Shown here: positions 27,793 to 37,688 of the stretch, piece by piece
Layout of the letters: every line of letters begins with the position of its first letter
Numbering within the stretch: position 1 is the first letter of the stretch
Notes under the pieces: generated by a model
Seen by the model: only the letters and a program-made list of their open reading frames with translations
Told to the model about the DNA's origin: nothing
Databases searched by the model: none
Made by a program: the position numbers and the translations under genes
Origin: Armatimonadota bacterium
Lineage (GTDB): Bacteria; Armatimonadota; UBA10988
DNA length: 64,000 nucleotides
Assembly (NCBI GenBank): GCA_016235455.1
Contig: JACRKZ010000067.1
Span: 96,001-160,000 of the forward strand
Direction: 5' to 3'

Positions 27793-27906
27793 GATTCCCT
27801 CTCGGGGTCCAAGGCGCGCTACGGCGCGGCGCGACCGCGGGAGAGCGGCAGCGTCGACTTGACAGCCGTGGCGCGCGGGCTCACCACCCCCGAGACGAGG
27901 CCAGCG

Positions 27907-28653
27907 CTAGGCGCTGGGCTCAGCCTCGTCGGCGGCGTCCTCAGTGGCCGGTGCCGGGGCGCCCTCGTCCGTGGTGGACTCGGGGGCTTGGGCCTCGGCG
28001 GCCATGTCCTCGTCGTCCTCATCGATGTCTTCCTCGATGTTGGCCGACAAGCTTACCAATTCCACACCCGCAGCCTCGGCGGCGTCCTTGCGCTTCTGCA
28101 GCGCCTTGAGCGTATCGGCCGTGGGGGCGATCAAGACGAACATCTTGCGCCCTTCCATCGACGGCCGCTGCTCGACCTCCGCCACATCGCCGACCGCTTC
28201 GGCCAGGCGCATGAGGATGTTGTAACCCAGATCCTGGTGCGTGATCTCACGTCCGCGGAAGCGCACCTCGACCCGTACCTTGTGCCCATCGCGCAGGAAC
28301 AGGTCGGCCTTGCGCCGCGATACGTCGAAGTCAGACTGGCCGGTCATGGGCCGCAAGCGCAGTTGCTTCACATCGGTGCTGCGTTGCTTCTTGCGCTGTT
28401 CGCGCTCGCGCTGCTTCTGCTCGTAGCGGTACTTGCCCCAGTCCATGATGCGGCAGACCGGCGGACTGGCCTCCGGCGCCACTTCAATCAGGTCCAAGCC
28501 CGCATCGCGAGCTGCATCAATGGCCTCACGAACCCAGACAATGCCGACTTGCTCGCCGTTCTCGTCAACCAATCGCACCTTGGGGACGCGGATCTCCTCG
28601 TTGCGCCGCAGGCGCTTCTCGGGCATCTCGGTGCCGACAAATCGTCGTCTGAT
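27907..28653 (-). CDS. infC: Translation initiation factor IF-3 with acidic C-terminal tail; probable ATC start
   Basis: NEEIR..VRLVD, DLIEVAP...PPVCRIMDWGKYRYE, FRGREI. GGGAGA SD lies 7 nt before an in-frame ATC at 28653; the first ATG is at 28626. Confidence 0.95.
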   Translation of the reverse strand: MRRRFVGTEMPEKRLRRNEEIRVPKVRLVDENGEQVGIVWVREAIDAARDAGLDLIEVAPEASPPVCRIMDWGKYRYEQKQREREQRKKQRSTDVKQLRLRPMTGQSDFDVSRRKADLFLRDGHKVRVEVRFRGREITHQDLGYNILMRLAEAVGDVAEVEQRPSMEGRKMFVLIAPTADTLKALQKRKDAAEAAGVELVSLSANIEEDIDEDDEDMAAEAQAPESTTDEGAPAPATEDAADEAEPSA

Positions 28654-28676
28654 GGCAGCTTCTCCCTGGCTCGGGC

Positions 28677-30608
28677 CTACAGCGGCGGAAAGGCCGCTTT
28701 GGCGCTCAGCTCTTCCACGAAGTCGACATAGGGCATCGACCCGCGGTCACGCATGCCGCGCTCACGCACGGACACAGCCTCGGCGTCGACCTCTCGGTCG
28801 CCGCAGATAAGCATATAGGGTACACGTTCGGCCTCGGCCCGGCCAATCTTGGCGCTGGTCCGCTCGCCGGTATCGTCGATCTCGGCCCGGTAGCCCCGAC
28901 TCTTCAGGTCCGCGGTCAGTCGGCGCGCATAGTCGACATGCCGCTCGCCGATCGGTACCACCTTGACCTGCACCGGCGCCAGCCACGCCGGGAAGGCTCC
29001 GGCGCAGTGCTCGATGAGCACGCCCATGAACCGCTCGATGCTGCCCAGCACCGCGCGATGGACCATGACCGGCCGCTCGCGCTCGTCGGCGCTGTTCACA
29101 TACGTCAGGTCGAACCGCTCGGGCAGGTTGAAGTCGAGCTGGCAGGTGCCCAACTGATGCCGGCGCGCCAGCGCGTCGGACACCATGAAGTCGATCTTGG
29201 GCCCGTAGAAGGCGCCTTCGCCTTCAGCCACTTTGTACTCGACGCCCCGCCGCTGCAAGGCCTGATGCAGTCGGGCCTCGGCGTCGGCCCACACCGCCTC
29301 GTCGCCCACGGCCTTGGCCGGTCGCGTGCTCAGGTCGATGCGCACGTCGGTGAAGCCGAACAGCTCATAGCACTCCATGAGCATGTCGATGAACGAGAAG
29401 ACCTCGTCCTCGATCTGGTCGGTGCGGCAGAAGATATGCGCGTCATCCTGGGCGAAGCTGCGCACGCGGGTCAGGCCCGCGGTGACGCCCGATGCCTCGT
29501 AGCGGTGCAGCCGACCAAAGTCGGCATAGCGCACGGGCAGGTCGCGATAGCTATGGTGCCGGCTGGCGAACATGATCGCGTGCGCCGGGCAGTTCATGGG
29601 CTTGACGGCGAATTCCTGGCCGTCGACCTCCACGAAGTACATGTTCTCGCGGTAGTTGTCGTAGTGGCCCGAGGTCTTCCACAGGTCGACCGACATGATC
29701 TGCGGGGTGATCACCTCGTCGTAGCCGAACCGCCGGTACAGGCTGCGCACCAGGTCGGTGAGCTTGTTGTAGATCAGCGCGCCCTTGGGGAAGAAGAACG
29801 GGCAGGCCGGCGCCACGTCGGAGAACCAGACCAGGTCCAGTTCGCGGCCCAACCGGCGGTGGTCGCGCTTCTCCGCCTCTTCGCGCAGGCGCAGCCACTC
29901 GGCCAGTTGCTTCTTGTCCGGGAACGAGATGCCGTAGATGCGCTGCAGCATCTTGTTGTTGCTGTCGCCGCGCCAGTAGGCACCCGAGGCGGTCAGCAGC
30001 TTGACCACGCCAATCCGGCCCGTGCTGGGCAGGTGCGGTCCACGGCACAGGTCGACCCAGTGGCTGTCGCCGTTGGCGTTGCCATACAGGCTGACCGTGT
30101 CGTCCTCGGCGATGGCGTCGAGCAGCTCGATTTTGTACGGCTCGCCCAGCTCGTCGAAGACGCGGCGCGCCTCGTCGCGGCTCACCTCGGATCGGCTGAA
30201 GGCCTGGTCCTCGGCGATGACGCGGCGCATCTCGTCCTCGATGCGCGCCAGATCGTCGGGCGTGAACGGCTGTTCGACATCGAAGTCGTAGTAGAAGCGG
30301 CCATCGGCCAAGGACGGCCCAATGGTCACCTTGGCCTGCGGGAAGACGCGCTGCACGGCCTGCGCCAGCACGTGCGCCGTGCTGTGGCGATAGACTTTCT
30401 GGCCCTCGTCGTCGCGCCAGGTGAGGAAGCGCACACCGGCGTCGGCCTCCAGGCGATGCGACAGGTCGACCAGCTGGCCGTCCACCTCGGCGGCCAGGGC
30501 AGCCTTGGCCAGGCCCGGGCCAATGGCCAGGGCGACGGTAGTCAGGTCAACTCCCGGATCGAACGACAGGCGCGAGCCGTCTGGCAACGACACATTGATG
30601 GAACTCAT
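28677..30608 (-). CDS. thrS: Threonine--tRNA ligase
   Basis: TGS domain, HSTAHVLA, DLCRGPH, GAYWRGD, RDHRRLG, KPMNCP, QDDAHIF, GSIERF; AGGAGG RBS. Confidence 0.98.
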   Translation of the reverse strand: MSSINVSLPDGSRLSFDPGVDLTTVALAIGPGLAKAALAAEVDGQLVDLSHRLEADAGVRFLTWRDDEGQKVYRHSTAHVLAQAVQRVFPQAKVTIGPSLADGRFYYDFDVEQPFTPDDLARIEDEMRRVIAEDQAFSRSEVSRDEARRVFDELGEPYKIELLDAIAEDDTVSLYGNANGDSHWVDLCRGPHLPSTGRIGVVKLLTASGAYWRGDSNNKMLQRIYGISFPDKKQLAEWLRLREEAEKRDHRRLGRELDLVWFSDVAPACPFFFPKGALIYNKLTDLVRSLYRRFGYDEVITPQIMSVDLWKTSGHYDNYRENMYFVEVDGQEFAVKPMNCPAHAIMFASRHHSYRDLPVRYADFGRLHRYEASGVTAGLTRVRSFAQDDAHIFCRTDQIEDEVFSFIDMLMECYELFGFTDVRIDLSTRPAKAVGDEAVWADAEARLHQALQRRGVEYKVAEGEGAFYGPKIDFMVSDALARRHQLGTCQLDFNLPERFDLTYVNSADERERPVMVHRAVLGSIERFMGVLIEHCAGAFPAWLAPVQVKVVPIGERHVDYARRLTADLKSRGYRAEIDDTGERTSAKIGRAEAERVPYMLICGDREVDAEAVSVRERGMRDRGSMPYVDFVEELSAKAAFPPL

Positions 30609-30697
30609 GCTCAGTCTCCTCCTTTCCGGGATGCAGATATTGACTACGCGCCCTCGGGGCGCACGGACCCGTCCCAGGAAGCCTCCTGGGGGTTGGT

Positions 30698-30807
30698 AGA
30701 ATAGCACGACAAGCGGTGAGTCGCAAGCGAACGGCGCATGGCAAGCGCGTTTGCGCGCGTAGCCGCGCGCTGCAACCATTGCCGTGCGGGGGTGTCAGTG
30801 CTAGCAT
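30698..30807. promoter_or_regulatory. Divergent sigma70 promoters for thrS and maf
   Basis: Minus: TTGCGA (30726-21), 17 nt, TATTCT (30703-698) with TG extension. Plus: TTGCCG (30779-84), 17 nt, TAGCAT (30802-07) with TG extension. Confidence 0.65.
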
Positions 30808-30815
30808 AGGGCGGC

Positions 30816-31457
30816 GTGAACTCAGCAACCTGTCAGCCGGCTCTGGTACTTGCCTCATCGTCGCCTCGGCGCCGGGAGTTGCTGGGTGGCCTCGGCCTCT
30901 CGTTCTCCATCGACCCGCCGCACATCGACGAGTCCGAGCCGGAGTCACTGCCTGACCGCGCGGCGGTCATCGCCTGGGTACGCCAACTGGCGATCGACAA
31001 GGCGGCGGCCGTGGCTCAGCGCTACACGTCCGACACCTGGATTCTGGCGGCCGACACGATTGTCGTGCTGGGCGCTCGGGTGTTTGGCAAACCCGCTGAC
31101 GAAGCACAGGCGGAAGCCATGCTCGGCGAGCTTCAGGGCCGCCGGCACACGGTCATGACGGCGGTCTCACTGCGCCGTGGTGGCCCGGCCGACGCTGAGG
31201 TGTGGGCCGAGGTGGCGCAGACGGAAGTGACCTTCTTCCCCTGCTCGGCCGCGGAGATCGCGGCCTACGTAGCCACCGGCGAGAGCCTGGATAAGGCCGG
31301 CGCCTACGCTGCCCAAGGGATTGGCGCGCTGATCATCGAGAAGCTCGACGGCTGCTATTTCAACGTCGTCGGGCTGCCGATCTCGGTGGTTGGGCGTCTG
31401 TTGCGCCGAGCCGGCTTCGACCTGTGGTCAGCCGCGACGGCGTCCATGGAGCGGTGA
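30816..31457 (+). CDS. maf: Maf family nucleotide pyrophosphatase
   Basis: [33 protein letters not shown]. Confidence 0.95.
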   Translation: MNSATCQPALVLASSSPRRRELLGGLGLSFSIDPPHIDESEPESLPDRAAVIAWVRQLAIDKAAAVAQRYTSDTWILAADTIVVLGARVFGKPADEAQAEAMLGELQGRRHTVMTAVSLRRGGPADAEVWAEVAQTEVTFFPCSAAEIAAYVATGESLDKAGAYAAQGIGALIIEKLDGCYFNVVGLPISVVGRLLRRAGFDLWSAATASMER

Positions 31458-31458
31458 C

Positions 31459-32487
31459 ATGAAGCAATTGCGGCACATACTGGGCCTGTTCAGCTACGAC
31501 ATGGGCATCGATCTGGGCACGGCCAACACGCTGGTCACCGTGCGCGGCAAGGGCATCGTCCTGCGCGAGCCGTCGGTGGTCGCCGTCGACACCGACTCGG
31601 GCGCGGTCAAGGCCGTGGGCCTCGAGGCCAAGCGCATGATCGGCCGCACGCCCGCGCACATCGTCGCCGTCCGCCCGCTCAAGGACGGGGTCATCGCCGA
31701 CTTCGACATGACCAAGGAGATGCTGCTCTACTTCGTGCGCAAGGTGCACAAGCGCCAGTGGTTCTATGCGCCGCGCGTGGTCATCGGCATTCCCAGCGGC
31801 GTCACCGAGGTGGAGAAGCGCGCGGTGGAGGACGGCGCCAAGGCCGCCGGCGCGCGCCAGGCCTGGGTCATCGAAGAGCCCATGGCCGCCGCCATCGGCG
31901 CGGGGCTGCCGGTCGAGGAGCCCGTGGGCTGCATGATCGTCGATATAGGGGGTGGCACGACCGAGGTCGCGGTCATCTCGCTCGGCGGCATCGTCACCTC
32001 GCGCTCCATCCGCGTGGCCGGCGACGAGCTCGACGAGAGCATCATGGCCTACATGCGCCGCACCTACAACCTGCTGATCGGCGAACGCACGGCCGAGGAG
32101 ATCAAGATCGGTATCGGCTCGGCCTATCCGCTGGAGAAGGAAGACGCCCGCCAGGTACGCGGCCGCGACCTGGTCACTGGCCTGCCCGGCAGCGTCATGG
32201 TCACTTCCACCGAGATACGCGAAGCCATCTCCGAAGACGTCAGCGCCATCGTCGACGCGGTCAAGTCCACCTTCGAGACGACGCCGCCCGAGCTGGCGGC
32301 CGACATCATGGAACGCGGCATCCACCTGGCCGGCGGCGGCGCGCTGCTGCGCGGGCTGGACCGCCTGCTGTCGGTCGAGACGGGCATGCCCGTGCACATC
32401 GCCGACGATCCGCTGACCTGCGTCGTGGTCGGCACCGGCCGCGCCATCGATGAGTACGCGCTGTACCACAAGCTGCTCAACCGCTAG
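31459..32487 (+). CDS. mreB: Rod shape-determining protein MreB
   Basis: [53 protein letters not shown]. Confidence 0.97.
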   Translation: MKQLRHILGLFSYDMGIDLGTANTLVTVRGKGIVLREPSVVAVDTDSGAVKAVGLEAKRMIGRTPAHIVAVRPLKDGVIADFDMTKEMLLYFVRKVHKRQWFYAPRVVIGIPSGVTEVEKRAVEDGAKAAGARQAWVIEEPMAAAIGAGLPVEEPVGCMIVDIGGGTTEVAVISLGGIVTSRSIRVAGDELDESIMAYMRRTYNLLIGERTAEEIKIGIGSAYPLEKEDARQVRGRDLVTGLPGSVMVTSTEIREAISEDVSAIVDAVKSTFETTPPELAADIMERGIHLAGGGALLRGLDRLLSVETGMPVHIADDPLTCVVVGTGRAIDEYALYHKLLNR

Positions 32488-32671
32488 TGGTGGCGCGTCT
32501 CACTAACGCAACACAAATGGGCCATTTCAGGTGATCAGCTAGCGGCTGGGAACGTGGCATAGAGCTTCCAGACAGCGAGCAAGTGGCCGCTGTCGGAGGA
32601 GCGAGACCCGCCACCCACCCAACACACACCGCGAGCCCAACCGCGGTGAGTAAGCACAGCCAACGCCGCAT
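32477..32671 (-). CDS. 64-aa signal-peptide ORF (small protein or truncated gene)
   Basis: GGAGGA RBS, then [26 protein letters not shown]...; atypical codon usage; its stop overlaps the mreB end. Confidence 0.35.
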   Translation of the reverse strand: MRRWLCLLTAVGLAVCVGWVAGLAPPTAATCSLSGSSMPRSQPLADHLKWPICVALVRRATTSG

Positions 32672-32763
32672 CGACCAGCCATCCTCCCGCCCAGGCTCCG
32701 ATGCGGCGTCGGCCATTTGGGTGGCGCTGTGCCCCGTGGGGATCCTGCAGCGGAGGCGCGGCG

Positions 32764-33888
32764 CTAGTCGACCGCGTCGAGCTGCGAAGAGCCGTACTGG
32801 TTCCAGATGAAGCAGGTACCCTCTTGCGACACCATGCAGGGCCCGTGCGGTGAGAGGGGATGGCAGGCAGTGCCGAACAGCGGGCATTCGGGCGGCGTGA
32901 TCTGTCCGAGCATGACGCGGTTGCAGGCACAGCCGGCGGGCATCTCGTGCTCGCCCGCGGGCAGCCGCACCCCGAAGCGCTCGCGCGCGTCGACCGACTG
33001 CTTCGCCGCGCGCAGCACGAGGCCCGTGCCCGGCAACTCGCCCAGCCCGCGCCACCACACCGCGCCCACCTCGAACGCCTCGGCCAGCAGCGCCTGCGCG
33101 CGGCGGTTGCCCTCGGGCGTCACGGCGCGGCCGTAGACATTGGTCAGTTCGGCGCGGCCCGCGGCTCGCTGGGCCAGGATATCGCGCACCGCCAGCATCA
33201 CGTCCGCCGGCTCGAAGCCGGCCACCACCGTCGGCAGGCCGAACTGGTCGACCAGTGGCTGCCAGGCATCGACGCCAACGATCACGGAGACATGGCCCGG
33301 CGCGATGAGTGCGTCGACGGCGATGTCGCCCGAGCCCATGAGCAGCACCATGGCCTCGGGCGTGAGGCGGTGCGCAGTCAAGATGGTCAGGTTGGGCGGC
33401 GGATCGGCGGCAATGACCGCCGCGGTGGGCGCCGCCGTGGTCTCGAACCCGACGGCGAAGAACACCACCTGCCGGTCGGGCAACTCGCGCGCCAGCCGGG
33501 CGGCGTCGGCCGCGGAGTAGACCAGACGCACATCGCAGCCGCGCGACGCCGCGTCGGACAGTGAGCCGGCGCTGGTGGGCACGCGCAGCATGTCGCCGTA
33601 GGTGGTGACAATGGCGCCCTGCTCGGCGATGGCAATGGCTTCGCGGATCTCGTGCTCGGGGCAGACGCACACCGGGCAGCCCGGCCCCGCGATGAGATCG
33701 ACGCTGCGCGGCAGCAGCGAACGCAGGCCCCAGCGGCTGAGGCTGTGCTCATGCGAGCCGCAGACATGCATGATGCGCACCGGCCGGCTGTCGCTCAGCG
33801 ACAGCGCGGCGGCCAGCCGGCGGATGTCCGCCGCCAGGGCCTGCACCGCCTGCCGGGAGGCGAACGCGGCCAGGTCGGTGTCAGGCAT
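32764..33888 (-). CDS. hypD: Hydrogenase maturation protein HypD
   Basis: HVCGSHEH, GPGCPVC, VFFAVGFETTA, PGHVS, GFEP, C-terminal Cys cluster CPLFG..C.P..P.GPCMVS.EG.C. Confidence 0.96.
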   Translation of the reverse strand: MPDTDLAAFASRQAVQALAADIRRLAAALSLSDSRPVRIMHVCGSHEHSLSRWGLRSLLPRSVDLIAGPGCPVCVCPEHEIREAIAIAEQGAIVTTYGDMLRVPTSAGSLSDAASRGCDVRLVYSAADAARLARELPDRQVVFFAVGFETTAAPTAAVIAADPPPNLTILTAHRLTPEAMVLLMGSGDIAVDALIAPGHVSVIVGVDAWQPLVDQFGLPTVVAGFEPADVMLAVRDILAQRAAGRAELTNVYGRAVTPEGNRRAQALLAEAFEVGAVWWRGLGELPGTGLVLRAAKQSVDARERFGVRLPAGEHEMPAGCACNRVMLGQITPPECPLFGTACHPLSPHGPCMVSQEGTCFIWNQYGSSQLDAVD

Positions 33889-34114
33889 CGGCCGCCTCCG
33901 CGTTGGCCGCCAGTTCACGGAACAGGGCCAGCGACGCCTCGGCCTCGTCGGCATCGAGGCGCGTGATGGCGAAGCCGGCGTGCACAATGACGTGGTCGCC
34001 CACAGCCACCTCGTCCAGCAGGTCGGCGCGCGCGCGCTGAGTCACGCCATCAAGCTCGACGACGACCTCATTGCCCTCCACCGCCGTCACCTTCATCGGT
34101 ACCGCCAAACACAT
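33881..34114 (-). CDS. hypC: Hydrogenase chaperone HypC/HupF
   Basis: MCLAVP, VGDHVIVHAGFAI. Confidence 0.97.
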   Translation of the reverse strand: MCLAVPMKVTAVEGNEVVVELDGVTQRARADLLDEVAVGDHVIVHAGFAITRLDADEAEASLALFRELAANAEAADA

Positions 34115-34115
34115 G

Positions 34116-36335
34116 TCAGTCTCCAGCCAGGCGCGCCCGCGCCACCGCCGCCTGCCCCAGGCTCAGGCCGCCGTCGTTGGGCGGCACCCGGCGGTGCGTC
34201 AGCACCTCGAAGCCTCTATTGTGCAACCGATCGGCCAATTCGGACAATAGGGTCACATTTTGCATACAGCCGCCCGACAGCGCCACGACGGCCACGCTGT
34301 GCTGCTCGCGCAGGCGCTCACAGAGCCGCGCGGTGGCCTCGGCCAGGCCGCGATGGAAAGCACCGGCCGCGGGACCGGAGCGCCGCCACAACCAGTCGAC
34401 CGCGGGGCGCCAGTCGATCTCGTCCGCGCTCACGTCGAACGGTGCCACATCGCCGCCGGCCCGGCACGCTCCCTCGAGCAGGATGGCGGCCTCGCCTTCG
34501 TAGCGACTGACGCTGCCTACGCCGGCCAGCGCTGCCGCGGCGTCGAACAGCCGGCCGGCGCTGGAGGTGGGCAGGCAGGCGAACCCGCTGGCCACCATGG
34601 CCGCTACCGCGTCGAAGCGCTCGGGCTCGACGCCCAGCCGCGCGGCATCGAGCGACACCCCGGCCTGCGCGGCCAGGGCCACGGCCACGCGCCAGCCCTG
34701 GCGCACAGCCGACTCGCCGCCCGGCAGCACGAAGGGGCGCAAGCGGCCGACGCGCCGGTAGTCGCGCCGGTCGCCGAGCAGGATTTCGCCGCCCCAGACC
34801 GAGCCATCGGGCCCCCAGCCGGTGCCATCGAAGCAGACGCCGAGCAGCCTGTCATGCCGCCCGTTGTCGGCCAGGCAGGCGGCCAGATGGGCATGGTGGT
34901 GCTGCACGCCGACCAGCACCTGGCCTTCGCGCACGGCCCGCTCGAGGGCGTAGCGCGTGGCCCAGTAGTCGGGGTGCAGGTCGTGGGCCAGCACCGTCGG
35001 CTGGAGCCGGAACAGCCGCTCGAAGTCAGCGATGCCGGTCTCGAAGGCAGCCAGCGCCAGGTCGTTCTCCAGATCGCCGATGTGGTGCGAGAGGAACGCC
35101 TCGCCGCCGCGCGTGAGGCAGAAGGTGTTCTTCTGGTGGCTGCCGACCGCCAGCACGGTCGCCTCGCCGTGGTCGTCCAGCGCCAGTGGCACCGGCGCAT
35201 AGCCGCGCGACCGCCGGTAGGGCAGCAGCCGGCCCCGCCAGACCCGCACCACGCTGTCGTCGCAGCGGCGCTCGATGGGCCGGTTGTGGCTGAGGATGGC
35301 GTCGGCGACACCGTCCAGCCGCGTCCGCACCTCGGCGTCCACGTAGGCGATGGGTTCGTCGGTCAGGTTGCCCGAGGTCATCACCAGTGGGCCAGCCATG
35401 GCGGCGAGCAGCAGGTGATGCAGCGGCGTGTAGGCCAGCATGACGCCGAGCGTGGTCTGGCCCGGCGCCACCGACGGCGCGAGGCCGTTGTCGGCGCGCG
35501 GCGAGAGGAGCACGATCGGCGCGGCGGGCGAAGTCAGCAATTCGGCCTCGGCGGCGCTCACCGCGGCGATGCCGCGGGCCTCGTCGAGACCGGCGACCAT
35601 GACCGCCAGCGGCTTGGCCTCGCGGTGCTTCCGGTCGCGCAGCCGACGGATGGCGTCGTCGTTCCGCGCATCGACCGCCAGGTGGTAGCCGCCCAACCCT
35701 TTGACCGCGACGATCTGGCCGGCATGCAGGCGGGCCGTCGCGTCGTCAAGTGCCGATGCCAGCCGCGGCCCACACACCGCGCAGGCCGTCGGCTGCGCAT
35801 GGAAGCGGCGGTCGGCCGGGTCGTCATACTCGCGCTGGCAGTCGGGGCACAGCGCAAAACCGGCCATGGTGGTGTTGGCGCGATCGTAGGGCAGGTCGCG
35901 CACGATGCTGAAGCGCGGGCCGCAATGGGTGCAGTTGAGGAACGGGTAGCCGAGGCGCCGGTCGGCCGGATCGAACAGCTCGCGCCGACACTCGGGGCAG
36001 GTGGCCAGGTCGGGCAGCACCCAAGCCTCGGCCAGTCCACCGGCGCAGCTGGCACCGATGACGAATCCTGGCTCGCCCGTGGCCGGCAGCAGCTCCTGGT
36101 CGAGCCGCTCGATGTAGCCGGGCGCGGGCAACTCGGCGCGCAAGCGCGCGACGAATGCGGCGAGCCGCGGGAGCGTGCCCTCGACCTCGATGCGGGCGCC
36201 GAGCAGGTCGTTGCGGACCAGGCCGGCCAGGCCGAGTTCGCCCGCCAGCCGGTGGACAAACGGCCGGAAACCCACGCCCTGTACCAGGCCGCGCGCGGTC
36301 AGTGCCCATCGCTGCTTCGTCGGGTCGGTGGTCAC
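34116..36335 (-). CDS. hypF: Carbamoyltransferase HypF
   Basis: GLVQGVGFRPF acylphosphatase domain, two zinc fingers (CPEC...CTHCGPR; CPDC...CAVCGP), KGLGGYHL, QHHHAH, PPNDGGLSLGQ. Confidence 0.97.
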   Translation of the reverse strand: MTTDPTKQRWALTARGLVQGVGFRPFVHRLAGELGLAGLVRNDLLGARIEVEGTLPRLAAFVARLRAELPAPGYIERLDQELLPATGEPGFVIGASCAGGLAEAWVLPDLATCPECRRELFDPADRRLGYPFLNCTHCGPRFSIVRDLPYDRANTTMAGFALCPDCQREYDDPADRRFHAQPTACAVCGPRLASALDDATARLHAGQIVAVKGLGGYHLAVDARNDDAIRRLRDRKHREAKPLAVMVAGLDEARGIAAVSAAEAELLTSPAAPIVLLSPRADNGLAPSVAPGQTTLGVMLAYTPLHHLLLAAMAGPLVMTSGNLTDEPIAYVDAEVRTRLDGVADAILSHNRPIERRCDDSVVRVWRGRLLPYRRSRGYAPVPLALDDHGEATVLAVGSHQKNTFCLTRGGEAFLSHHIGDLENDLALAAFETGIADFERLFRLQPTVLAHDLHPDYWATRYALERAVREGQVLVGVQHHHAHLAACLADNGRHDRLLGVCFDGTGWGPDGSVWGGEILLGDRRDYRRVGRLRPFVLPGGESAVRQGWRVAVALAAQAGVSLDAARLGVEPERFDAVAAMVASGFACLPTSSAGRLFDAAAALAGVGSVSRYEGEAAILLEGACRAGGDVAPFDVSADEIDWRPAVDWLWRRSGPAAGAFHRGLAEATARLCERLREQHSVAVVALSGGCMQNVTLLSELADRLHNRGFEVLTHRRVPPNDGGLSLGQAAVARARLAGD

Positions 36336-36410
36336 AGTTACGCATCATACAACGGGGCGGCTGGCGCGTAGCGAGGCAGGTGCGACTCCGCCCGCGGCGA
36401 AGCCACCGCC

Positions 36411-37688
36411 ATGAGTCATCCATTGTCGGTTGCCATCATCGGTCTGGGCGGGTTTGCGGCCAGTCACCATGCCGCGTTGCGCCGGCTGGAAGCAGCGGGC
36501 ACGGCACGCCTGGTGGCCACTTGCGACCCGCGGCCCGACGCTTTCCTCGACCAGATGGCCGAGTGGCAGTTCGGCCCGCGCGGCGTGCGGGTGTTCGACG
36601 ACTGGCAGGCCATGCTGGCCGCGTGCGCGCACGAACTCGACATGGTCACCATCCCCACGCCCATCCCACTGCACGCCGCCATGCATCAGGCCTGCGTCGA
36701 GCTGGGCCTGCCGGTCTACCTGGAGAAGCCGCCGACGCTGTGGTGGGAGGAGCTCGACGCGATGATCGGCGTCGACGAGCAGGCGGCGCGCCTGACCAAC
36801 GTCGGCTTCAACTGGATCGTCGACCCGCAGCGACGGGCGCTCAAGACGCGCCTTCTGAGCGCCGAGTTCGGCCCACTGCGGCGGGTGAGCGTGTGGGGTT
36901 ACTGGCCGCGGCCGGCGAGTTACTACCAGCGCAACGGCTGGGCCGGGCGCCTGCTGCTCGATGGCCGGCCGGTGCTGGATTCGCCCATGGGCAACGCGCT
37001 GGCGCATCTGCTGCACAACACGCTGTTCTGGGCCGGCGACCAGCCGTGGACCTGGGGCATGCCGCGCTCGGTGCGCGCCGAGCTCTACCGCGCCCACGCC
37101 ATCGAGGGCACGGACACCGTCTTCCTGACCGCCCAACTCGACCGCGAGGTTGAGCTGCGGCTGGCCATGACGCACGCCTGCCCCGAGACGAGTCAGGGCG
37201 AGGTCATCGAGTGTGCGGACGCGCGCATCACCTACCACGCCGGTGAGTGGGTCCTCGGCCAGCCCCAGCAGCGCGCGGTGATCGACTGGGCCGATGGCCG
37301 GCAGGAGACGCTGCTCGACACCACGCACGCGGACTACATGGCGGCCAACCTGGCCGACTACGTCGCCTATGTGCATGGCAAGACCGACCGGCCGCTGACC
37401 ACGCTGGCCGACAGCCGTCCGCTGGTCTGGCTCAACGACCTGGCGTACCTGGCGTCGGCCGGCATCACCACGGTCGCCGAGCCGAGCCTGACGCACGACG
37501 GGCGCGGCGGCGTGGCCATCGACGGGGTGAGCAAGGCGGGCGACGAGCTGCTGGCCAGCGGGCGGCTGCCGTCGGAGCAGAGGAAGGGCTGGGCCGTGGC
37601 GGGCGGCGTGGCCACGGCGGCGGATCTACCGAAGCTGCGGACACTCCTCGACCGGCTTACCTCACGCCCGGATCGGCCTGCCCGTTGA
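36411..37688 (+). CDS. Gfo/Idh/MocA family oxidoreductase
   Basis: [39 protein letters not shown]. Confidence 0.88.
   Translation: MSHPLSVAIIGLGGFAASHHAALRRLEAAGTARLVATCDPRPDAFLDQMAEWQFGPRGVRVFDDWQAMLAACAHELDMVTIPTPIPLHAAMHQACVELGLPVYLEKPPTLWWEELDAMIGVDEQAARLTNVGFNWIVDPQRRALKTRLLSAEFGPLRRVSVWGYWPRPASYYQRNGWAGRLLLDGRPVLDSPMGNALAHLLHNTLFWAGDQPWTWGMPRSVRAELYRAHAIEGTDTVFLTAQLDREVELRLAMTHACPETSQGEVIECADARITYHAGEWVLGQPQQRAVIDWADGRQETLLDTTHADYMAANLADYVAYVHGKTDRPLTTLADSRPLVWLNDLAYLASAGITTVAEPSLTHDGRGGVAIDGVSKAGDELLASGRLPSEQRKGWAVAGGVATAADLPKLRTLLDRLTSRPDRPAR

Noticed and set aside
30609-30779. T-box upstream of thrS, or an N-terminal extension of ThrS from 30779
   Set aside because: No GGTGGNACC motif; a strong SD sits at 30608 and a promoter lies within the supposed extension.
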